NCBI RefSeq assembly: GCF_009914755.1
Contig: NC_060948.1
Direction: 5' to 3' (one strand)
Length of the DNA: 64,000 nucleotides
From: the human T2T-CHM13v2.0 reference genome, Homo sapiens
The position numbers were made by a program, and so were the translations under genes. Of this stretch, positions 53,451 through 64,000 are shown in pieces (position 1 is the first letter of the stretch; each line of letters starts with the position of its first letter). Under the pieces are notes generated by a model. It ran no database searches. It was not told where the DNA came from and worked only from the letters and a program-made list of their open reading frames with translations.

Positions 53451-56400
53451 CCTGTCCATTACACTACATTCCCTTCCATTCCAATGAATTCCATTCCATT
53501 CCAATCCATTCCTTTCCTTTCGCTTGCATTCCATTCTATTCTCTTCTACTGCATACAATTTCACTCCATTCGTTCCCATTCCATTCAATTCCATTCCATT
53601 CAATTCCATTCCATTTGTTTCCATTCTCTTCGATTCCATTTCTTTATATTCCATGCCATTCGATTCCATTCTATTGGATTGCATTACATTCGTGTTCATT
53701 CCATTCCAGACCATTCCATTTGACTCCATTCCTTTCGAGCCCTTTCAATTTGAGTCCATTGTTTTCCAGTCCATTTCACTCCAGTCCATTACTATCCATT
53801 CCATACCATTCCATCCCATTCCATTCCATTCCATTGCATTCCATTGCATTCCATTCCATTCCATTCCATTGCACTGCACTCCATTCCATTACATTCTACT
53901 CTATTTGGGTCGATTTTATTGCATTAGATTCTATTCCATTGGATTACTTTCCATTCGATTACATTCCATTCATTTACATTCCATTCCAGTCAATTACATT
54001 CGAGTTCATTACATTACATTCCAGTATATTCCATTGTATTCGATCCCATTCCTTTCAATTCCATTTCATTCGACTCCATTATATTCGATTCCATTCCACT
54101 CGAATCCATTCCATTAGAGGACATTCCATTCCAATGCATTCCATTCCATTCCATAGCATTCCAATGCATTCCATTCCATTCCATTTGATGCCATTCCATT
54201 TGATGCCATTCCATGACATTCCATTCCATTCGAGTCCATTCCGTTCCAATTCATTCCATTCCGTTTCATGAAATTCGAGTCCTTTCCAGTACATTTCATT
54301 CCAATCCCATCCAATCCAATCTACTCCATTCAATTCCTTTCCATTCCATTTGATTAGATTCCATTGATTTGATTCCATTCAGTTTGATTCCATTCCGTGA
54401 AATTTCGTTCCATTCTATTCCATTGCATTACTTTCCATTCAATTCCATTCCATTTCATTTCAGTCCATTCGCTTCCTTTCCTTTCGATTCAATTCCATTT
54501 GATTCCACTCCATTCTATGCGATTTCATTCCAATCGATTCAATTCCATTCGATGACATTCCTTTCGTTTCCATTCCATTCGAGTCCATTCAATTTGAGCA
54601 TTCGTGTCCATTCTATTCGAGTCCATTCCATTACCGTCTATTCTATTCCCTTCCATTCCTGTTGATTCAATTTCATTCCCTTCCATTCGATTCCTTTCCA
54701 TTCGATTCCATTCCTTTCCATTCCATTCCATTCGTTCCCATTCCATGTGATTTCATTCCATTCCAGTCCATTATATTCGAGTCCACTCCACTCCATTCTA
54801 TTACATTCAATTCCTTTTGAGTCCGTTCCATAACACTCCATTCATTTCGATTCCATTTCTTGCCAGTTTTCTTCCATTTTATTCCATTCCGTTCGATTCC
54901 ATTCCATTCGATTGCATTCATTTCGAATCCTTTCCATTCCATTTCATTCCATTCCTTTCTATTCCATTCCATTTCATTCGATTTGATTCCATTCTGTTCT
55001 ATTCCATTCAATTCTTTTTCATTCCATTCGAATCCTTTCTATTGCAGTCCATTCCATTCGAGTCCATTCTAATCCCTTCCATTCCATTCCATTACAGTCC
55101 ATTCCAATAGATTCCATTCCTTTGCCTTCCATTCGAATCCATTCCATTCTAGTCCATTCCATTTGAGTCAATTCCATTCTATTCCTTTCCAATCCATTCG
55201 ATTCCATTCGATTCAATTCCATTTGATTCTCTTTCATTCTATTTTATTCCATGCCACTTGATTGCATTGCATTCCATTCCGTTTGATTCCAGTCCATTCA
55301 AGAAAGTTCCATTCCAGTCCATTGCTTTCGAGTCCATTCCATTCCACTCTAGTCTATTCCACTCCATTCCTTTCCATTCCATTCCATACTATTCCATTCC
55401 ATTCCTTTGCTTTCCGTTTCCAATCTATTCGAGTCCATTACATTCCAGTCCAATCCATTCGATTACATTCTTTTGATTCCCTGCCAGTCGATTGCATTGC
55501 ATACTAGACCATTCCAAACGAGTCCATTCCATTCTATTTCAACACTTTCCATTCCACTCCGTTCGAGTCCATTCCATTCCAGTCCATTTAATTCAAGGGC
55601 ATTCCATTCCATTCCATTCCATTTCCTATTATTCCATTCCATTCAATTCCATTCCAGATGATTCCATTCCATTCTATACCATTGCTCTCTGTTCCATTCC
55701 ATTCCATCTGTCTCCATTCCTTTCGTTTCGATTCCTTTCCATTCCATTCCATTACATTTGATCCTATTTTATTAAATTGCATTCTATTCGAGTGATTTCC
55801 ATTCGAGTCCTTTCCATTCGATTCCATTCCATTCTATTCCATTCCTTTGGATTCCATTCCGTTCCGTTCCGTTCACATCAATTCCTTGCGATTCCATTAC
55901 ATTCGATTTCTTGCCATTCGATTCCATTCCTTTTGACTCCATTTCATTCGATTCCATTCCATTCCATTAATTTCCATTCCATTCGAGACCTTTCCATTGC
56001 AGTCTTTTCCCTTCGAGTCCATTCCATTCGATTCCCTTCCATTCGATTCCATTCCATTGGAGTCCGTACCAGTTGAGTCCATTCTATTCCAGTCCATTAG
56101 TTTCGACTCCATTGCATTCGAGTGCATTCCATTCCGTGGCTGTCCATTCCATTTCGTTTGATGCCATTCCATAAGATTCCATTCAATTCGAGACCATTCT
56201 ATTCCTGTCCATTCCTTGTGGTTCGATTCCATTTCACTCTAGTCCATTCCATTCCATTGAATTCCATTCGACTCTATTCCGTTCCATTCAATTCCATTCC
56301 TTTCGATTCCCTTTTTTTCGAGAACCTTCCATTACACTCCCTTCCATTCCAGTGCATTCCATTCCAGTCTCTTCAGTTCGATTCCATTCCATTCGTTTCG

Positions 56401-59400
56401 ATTCCATTCCATTCCAGCCCATTCCATTCCATTCCATTCCTTTCCTTTCCGTTTCATTAGATTCCATTGCATTCCATTCCATTCAATTCAATTCCGTGCT
56501 ATTCAATTTGATTCATTTCCACTTAATTCCATTCCATTATATTCCATTCCTTTCGATTCCATTCCTTTCGAATCCATTCCATTGGAGTGCATTCACTTCC
56601 AGAACATTCCATTCCAGTCGAATCCATTCGAGTACATTCCATTAAAGTTCATTACATTCTAATACATTCCATTCCATTGCATTCCATTCCATTCCTTTCG
56701 ATGCCATTCGATTCCATTCCATGCCAAATCATTGCATTCCTTTCCATTCCGTTCCTATCAATTCCATTCCATTCGATTTAGTTCGATTCTATTCACTTCC
56801 ATTCCATTCGATTCCATTCCATTGGAGTCAATTCCTTTCGACACCCAGCCTTTCCAGTCAATGATTTTGGATTCCATTTTTTTGCATTCCATTACATTCT
56901 ATGACATTCGATTCCGTTTCATTGCATTCCATTCCATACATTTTTATTCCATTCGAGACCGTAGCATTCCCCTTTATTCCAGGCCTGTCCATTACACTAC
57001 ATTCCCTTCCATTCCAATGAATTCCATTCCATTCCAATCCATTCCTTTCCTTTCGCTTGCATTCCATTCTATTCTCTTCTACTGCATACAATTTCACTCC
57101 ATTCGTTCCCATTCCATTCAATTCCATTCCATTCAATTCCATTCCATTTGTTTCCATTCTCTTCGATTCCATTTCTTTATATTCCATGCCATTCGATTCC
57201 ATTCTATTGGATTGCATTACATTCGTGTTCATTCCATTCCAGACCATTCCATTTGACTCCATTCCTTTCGAGCCCTTTCAATTTGAGTCCATTGTTTTCC
57301 AGTCCATTTCACTCCAGTCCATTACTATCCATTCCATACCATTCCATCCCATTCCATTCCATTCCATTGCATTCCATTGCATTCCATTCCATTCCATTCC
57401 ATTGCACTGCACTCCATTCCATTACATTCTACTCTATTTGAGTCGATTTTATTGCATTAGATTCTATTCCATTGGATTACTTTCCATTCGATTACATTCC
57501 ATTCATGTACATTCCATTCCAGTCAATTACATTCGAGTTCATTACATTACATTCCAGTATATTCCATTGTATTCGATCCCATTCCTTTCAATTCCATTTC
57601 ATTCGACTCCATTATATTCGATTCCATTCCACTCGAATCCATTCCATTAGAGGACATTCCATTCCAATGCATTCCATTCCATTCCATAGCATTCCAATGC
57701 ATTCCATTCCATTCCATTTGATGCCATTCCATTTGATGCCATTCCATGACATTCCATTCCATTCGAGTCCATTCCGTTCCAATTCATTCCATTCCGTTTC
57801 ATGAAATTCGAGTCCTTTCCAGTACATTTCATTCCAATCCCATCCAATCCAATCTACTCCATTCAATTCCTTTCCATTCCATTTGATTAGATTCCATTGA
57901 TTTGATTCCATTCAGTTTGATTCTATTCCGTGAAATTTCGTTCCATTCTATTCCATTGCATTACTTTCCATTCAATTCCATTCCATTTCATTTCAGTCCA
58001 TTCGCTTCCTTTCCTTTCGATTCAATTCCATTTGATTCCACTCCATTCTATGCGATTTCATTCCAATCGATCCAATTCCATTCGATGACATTCCTTTCGT
58101 TTCCATTCCATTCGAGTCCATTCAATTTGAGCATTCGTGTCCATTCTATTCGAGTCCATTCCATTACCGTCTATTCTATTCCATTCCATTCCTGTTGATT
58201 CAATTTCATTCCCATCCATTCGATTCCTTTCCATTCGATTCCATTCCTTTCCATTCCATTCCATTCGTTCCCATTCCATGTGATTTCATTCCATTCCAGT
58301 CCATTATATTCGAGTCCACTCCACTCCATTCTATTACATTCAATTCCTTTTGAGTCCGTTCCATAACACTCCATTCATTTCGATTCCATTTCTTGCCAGT
58401 TTTCTTCCATTTTATTCCATTCCGTTCGATTCCATTCCATTCGATTGCATTCATTTCGAATCCTTTCCATTCCATTTCATTCCATTCCTTTCTATTCCAT
58501 TCCATTTCATTCGATTTGATTCCATTCTGTTCTATTCCATTCAATTCTTTTTCATTCCATTCGAATCCTTTCTATTGCAGTCCATTCCATTCGAGTCCAT
58601 TCTAATCCCTTCCATTCCATTCCATTACAGTCCATTCCAATAGATTCCATTCCTTTGCCTTCCATTCGAATCCATTCCATTCTAGTCCATTCCATTTGAG
58701 TCAATTCCATTCTATTCCTTTCCAATCCATTCGATTCCATTCGATTCAATTCCATTTGATTCTCTTTCATTCTATTTTATTCCATGCCACTTGATTGCAT
58801 TGCATTCCATTCCGTTTGATTCCAGTCCATTCAAGAAAGTTCCATTCCAGTCCATTGCTTTCGTGTCCATTCCATTCCACTCTAGTCTATTCCACTCCAT
58901 TCCTTTCCATTCCATTCCATACTATTCCATTCCATTCCTTTGCTTTCCGTTTCCAATCTATTCGAGTCCATTACATTCCAGTCCAATCCATTCGATTACA
59001 TTCTTTTGATTCCCTGCCAGTCGATTGCATTGCATACTAGACCATTCCAAACGAGTCCATTCCATTCTATTTCAACACTTTCCATTCCACTCCGTTCGAG
59101 TCCATTCCATTCCAGTCCATTTAATTCAAGGGCATTCCATTCCATTCCATTCCATTTCCTATTATTCCATTCCATTCAATTCCATTCCAGATTATTCCAT
59201 TCCATTCTATACCATTGCTCTCTGTTCCATTCCATTCCATCTGTCTCCATTCCTTTCGTTTCGATTCCTTTCCATTCCATTCCATTACATTTGATCCTAT
59301 TTTATTAAATTGCATTCTATTCGAGTGATTTCCATTCGAGTCCTTTCCATTCGATTCCATTCCATTCTATTCCATTCCTTTGGATTCCATTCCATTCCGT

Positions 59401-62400
59401 TCCGTTCACATCAATTCCTTGCGATTCCATTACATTCGATTTCTTGCCATTCGATTCCATTCCTTTTGACTCCATTTCATTCGATTCCATTCCATTCCAT
59501 TAATTTCCATTCCATTCGAGACCTTTCCATTGCAGTCTTTTCCCTTCGAGTCCATTCCATTCGATTCCCTTCCATTCGATTCCATTCCATTGGAGTCCGT
59601 ACCAGTTGAGTCCATTCTATTCCAGTCCATTAGTTTCGACTCCATTGCATTCGAGTGCATTCCATTCCGTGGCTGTCCATTCCATTTCGTTTGATGCCAT
59701 TCCATAAGATTCCATTCAATTCGAGACCATTCTATTCCTGTCCATTCCTTGTGGTTCGATTCCATTTCACTCTAGTCCATTCCATTCCATTCAATTCCAT
59801 TCGACTCTATTCCGTTCCATTCAATTCCATTCCTTTCGATTCCCTTTTTTTCGAGAACCTTCCATTACACTCCCTTCCATTCCAGTGCATTCCATTCCAG
59901 TCTCTTCAGTTCGATTCCATTCCATTCGTTTCGATTCCTTTCCATTCCAGCCCATTCCATTCCATTCCATTCCTTTCCTTTCCGTTTCGTTAGATTCCAT
60001 TGCATTCGATTCCATTCAATTCAATTCCGTGCTATTCAATTTGATTCATTTCCATTTAATTCCATTCCATTAGATTCCATTCCGTACGATTCCATTCCTT
60101 TTGAATCCTTTCCATTGGAGTCCATTCACTTCCAGAACATTCCATTCCAGTCGAATCCATTCGAGTATATTCCATTAAAGTTCATTACATTCTAATACAT
60201 TCCATTCCATTGCATTCCATTCCATTCCATTCGATGCCATTCGATTCCATTCCATGCCAAATCATTGCATTCCTTTCCAATCCGTTCCTATCAATTCCAT
60301 TCCATTCGATTTAGTTCGATTCTATTCACTTCCATTCCATTCGATTCCATTCCATTGGAGTCAATTCCTTTCGACACCCAGCCTTTCCAGTCAATGATTT
60401 TGGATTCCATTTTTTTGCATTCCATTACATTCTATGACATTCGATTCCGTTTCATTGCATTCCATTCCATACATTTTTATTCCATTCGAGACCGTAGCAT
60501 TCCACTTTATTCCAGGCCTGTCCATTACACTACATTCCCTTCCATTCCAATGAATTCCATTCCATTCCAATCCATTCCTTTCCTTTCGCTTGCATTCCAT
60601 TCTATTCTCTTCTACTGCATACAATTTCACTCCATTCGTTCCCATTCCATTCAATTCCATTCCATTCAATTCCATTCCATTTGTTTCCATTCTCTTCGAT
60701 TCCATTTCTTTATATTCCATGCCATTCGATTCCATTCTATTGGATTGCATTACATTCGTGTTCATTCCATTCCAGACCATTCCATTTGACTCCATTCCTT
60801 TCGAGCCCTTTCAATTTGAGTCCATTGTTTTCCAGTCCATTTCACTCCAGTCCATTACTATCCATTCCATACCATTCCATCCCATTCCATTCCATTCCAT
60901 TGCATTCCATTGCATTCCATTCCATTCCATTCCATTGCACTGCACTCCATTCCATTACATTCTACTCTATTTGAGTCGATTTTATTGCATTAGATTCTAT
61001 TCCATTGGATTACTTTCCATTCGATTACATTCCATTCATGTACATTCCATTCCAGTCAATTACATTCGAGTTCATTACATTACATTCCAGTATATTCCAT
61101 TGTATTCGATCCCATTCCTTTCAATTCCATTTCATTCGACTCCATTATATTCGATTCCATTCCACTCGAATCCATTCCATTAGAGGACATTCCATTCCAA
61201 TGCATTCCATTCCATTCCATAGCATTCCAATGCATTCCATTCCATTCCATTTGATGCCATTCCATTTGATGCCATTCCATGACATTCCATTCCATTCGAG
61301 TCCATTCCGTTCCAATTCATTCCATTCCGTTTCATGAAATTCGAGTCCTTTCCAGTACATTTCATTCCAATCCCATCCAATCCAATCTACTCCATTCAAT
61401 TCCTTTCCATTCCATTTGATTAGATTCCATTGATTTGATTCCATTCAGTTTGATTCCATTCCGTGAAATTTCGTTCCATTCTATTCCATTGCATTACTTT
61501 CCATTCAATTCCATTCCATTTCATTTCAGTCCATTCGCTTCCTTTCCTTTCGATTCAATTCCATTTGATTCCACTCCATTCTATGCGATTTCATTCCAAT
61601 CGATTCAATTCCATTCGATGACATTCCTTTCGTTTCCATTCCATTCGAGTCCATTCAATTTGAGCATCCGTGTCCATTCTATTCGAGTCCATTCCATTAC
61701 CGTCTATTCTATTCCCTTCCATTCCTGTTGATTCAATTTCATTCCCTTCCATTCGATTCCTTTCCATTCGATTCCATTCCTTTCCATTCCATTCCATTCG
61801 TTCCCATTCCATGTGATTTCATTCCATTCCAGTCCATTATATTCGAGTCCACTCCACTCCATTCTATTACATTCAATTCCTTTTGAGTCCGTTCCATAAC
61901 ACTCCATTCATTTCGATTCCATTTCTTGCCAGTTTTCTTCCATTTTATTCCATTCCGTTCGATTCCATTCCATTCGATTGCATTCATTTCGAATCCTTTC
62001 CATTCCATTTCATTCCATTCCTTTCTATTCCATTCCATTTCATTCGATTTGATTCCATTCTGTTCTATTCCATTCAATTCTTTTTCATTCCATTCGAATC
62101 CTTTCTATTGCAGTCCATTCCATTCGAGTCCATTCTAATCCCTTCCATTCCATTCCATTACAGTCCATTCCAATAGATTCCATTCCTTTGCCTTCCATTC
62201 GAATCCATTCCATTCTAGTCCATTCCATTTGAGTCAATTCCATTCTATTCCTTTCCAATCCATTCGATTCCATTCGATTCAATTCCATTTGATTCTCTTT
62301 CATTCTATTTTATTCCATGCCACTTGATTGCATTGCATTCCATTCCGTTTGATTCCAGTCCATTCAAGAAAGTTCCATTCCAGTCCATTGCTTTCGAGTC

Positions 62401-64000
62401 CATTCCATTCCACTCTAGTCTATTCCACTCCATTCCTTTCCATTCCATTCCATACTATTCCATTCCATTCCTTTGCTTTCCGTTTCCAATCTATTCGAGT
62501 CCATTACATTCCAGTCCAATCCATTCGATTACATTCTTTTGATTCCCTGCCAGTCGATTGCATTGCATACTAGACCATTCCAAACGAGTCCATTCCATTC
62601 TATTTCAACACTTTCCATTCCACTCTGTTCGAGTCCATTCCATTCCAGTCCATTTAATTCAAGGGCATTCCATTCCATTCCATTCCATTTCCTATTATTC
62701 CATTCCATTCAATTCCATTCGAGATGATTCCATTCCATTCTATACCATTGCTCTCTGTTCCATTCCATTCCATCTGTCTCCATTCCTTTCGTTTCGATTC
62801 CTTTCCATTCCATTCCATTACAGTTGATCCTATTTTATTAAATTGCATTCTATTCGAGTGATTTCCATTCGAGTCCTTTCCATTCGATTCCATTCCATTC
62901 TATTCCATTCCTTTGGATTCCATTCCGTTCCGTTCCGTTCACATCAATTCCTTCCGATTCCATTACATTCGATTTCTTGCCATTCGATTCCATTCCTTTT
63001 GACTCCATTTCATTCGATTCCATTCCATTCCATTAATTTCCATTCCATTCGAGACCTTTCCATTGCAGTCTTTTCCCTTCGAGTCCATTCCATTCGATTC
63101 CCTTCCATTCGATTCCATTCCATTGGAGTCCGTACTAGTTGAGTCCATTCTATTCCAGTCCATTAGTTTCGACTCCATTGCATTCGAGTGCATTCCATTC
63201 CGTGGCTGTCCATTCCATTTCGTTTGATGCCATTCCATAAGATTCCATTCAATTCGAGACCATTCTATTCCTGTCCATTCCTTGTGGTTCGATTCCATTT
63301 CACTCTAGTCCATTCCATTCCATTGAATTCCATTCGACTCTATTCCGTTCCATTCAATTCCATTCCTTTCGATTCCCTTTTTTTCGAGAACCTTCCATTA
63401 CACTCCCTTCCATTCCAGTGCATTCCATTCCAGTCTCTTCAGTTCGATTCCATTCCATTCGTTTCGATTCCATTCCATTCCAGCCCATTCCATTCCATTC
63501 CATTCCTTTCCTTTCCGTTTCATTAGATTCCATTGCATTCGATTCCATTCAATTCAATTCCGTGCTATTCAATTTGATTCATTTCCATTTAATTCCATTC
63601 CATTAGATTCCATTCCTTTCGATTCCAATCCTTTCGAATCCATTCCATTGGAGTGCATTCACTTCCAGAACATTCCATTCCAGTCGAATCCATTCGAGTA
63701 CATTCCATTAAAGTTCATTACATTCTAATACATTCCATTCCATTGCATTCCATTCCATTCCTTTCGATGCCATTCGATTCCATTCCATGCCAAATCATTG
63801 CATTCCTTTCCATTCCGTTCCTATCAATTCCATTCCATTCGATTTAGTTCGATTCTATTCACTTCCATTCCATTCGATTCCATTCCATTGGAGTCAATTC
63901 CTTTCGACACCCAGCCTTTCCAGTCAATGATTTTGGATTCCATTTTTTTGCATTCCATTACATTCTATGACATTCGATTCCGTTTCATTGCATTCCATTC
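53451..64000 (+). repeat. DYZ1 units U16, U17 (3533 bp each) and near-complete U18, subtype B cluster
   Basis: GGCC at 53449, 56982 and 60515. Shared GCATTCATTTCGAAT, TTCTAATCCC, CCATTACATTCCAGTCC and AGTTGAGTCC. Confidence 0.9.

Larger units (their letters stand above)
1..64000 (+). repeat. DYZ1: Human Satellite 3 DYZ1 tandem array (Yq12-type), (CCATT)n-derived ~3.53-kb units, ~18 copies, single orientation
   Basis: Continuous CCATT/TTCCA pentamer sequence with variants (TCGAT, TCAAT, TGCAT). Landmarks such as GACACCCAGCC, CCAGGCCTGTCC and GTGGCTGTCC recur every 3303-3559 bp. The landmark TCAATGATTTTGG lies at 487, 4020, 7538, 11081, 14630, 18163, 21697, 25230, 28763, 32066, 35614, 39162, 42695, 46228, 49766, 53325, 56858, 60391 and 63924. 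One HaeIII site per unit matches the classical ~3.4-3.56-kb DYZ1 HaeIII repeat. Confidence 0.97.

Noticed and set aside
274-63847. Hundreds of ORFs, up to 286 aa (e.g. 12573-13433, 1997-2824), with 'HSIPF' or 'MEWNG' repeats
   Set aside because: These are the forced 5-aa translation of (CCATT)n/(AATGG)n, which has no stop codons. ORFs overlap in all frames on both strands, many begin at TTG/GTG, they are broken or fused by 1-bp indels between units, and they show no recognisable domain.
1-64000. CRISPR-like or other prokaryotic repeat/defence system
   Set aside because: There are no unique spacers between conserved repeats and no cas-like or other genes. The sequence is continuous eukaryotic satellite.
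1-64000. DYZ2/HSat1B blocks, Alu/L1 insertions or inversions that occur elsewhere in Yq12
   Set aside because: No AT-rich, GC-rich or poly(A)-tailed interruption and no GGAAT-strand switch seen. Landmark spacing leaves no room for an insertion.
1-64000. HSat2 or a non-Y HSat3 subfamily (e.g. chr9 or chr15 arrays)
   Set aside because: It lacks the dominant CATTCGATTC/ATGATG pattern of HSat2. The ~3.55-kb period, single HaeIII site and DYZ1 primer sites indicate DYZ1.

Overview
The whole 64-kb window is human Satellite 3 (HSat3), specifically the Y-chromosome DYZ1 array of Yq12 heterochromatin. It consists of diverged (CCATT)n pentamers organised into a ~3.53-kb unit, repeated head-to-tail about 18 times in one orientation. 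Identification rests on the unit length, a single HaeIII/StuI site (AGGCCT) per unit, and exact matches to the classic DYZ1 Y1.1/Y1.2 sexing-PCR primer sites (recalled from memory) spaced to give 154 bp. I found no credible genes, RNA genes, transposons, DYZ2 blocks or inversions, and all listed ORFs are pentamer-translation artefacts. I found no new biological system in the gene sense. What is worth a second look is internal structure. (i) Two or three perfect nTTCnnGAAnnTTCn heat-shock elements occur per unit, the third present only in one subtype. (ii) The array switches between two unit subtypes (A, left; B, right) at ~26.3 kb. (iii) There are chimeric units and conversion-like patches, multi-unit duplications and a 230-bp microhomology-flanked deletion. 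(iv) Two adjacent units independently lost the HaeIII site. Units U1-U18 are numbered from the HaeIII cut position. All comparisons were made by eye and from ORF-track spacing, not by computed alignment.
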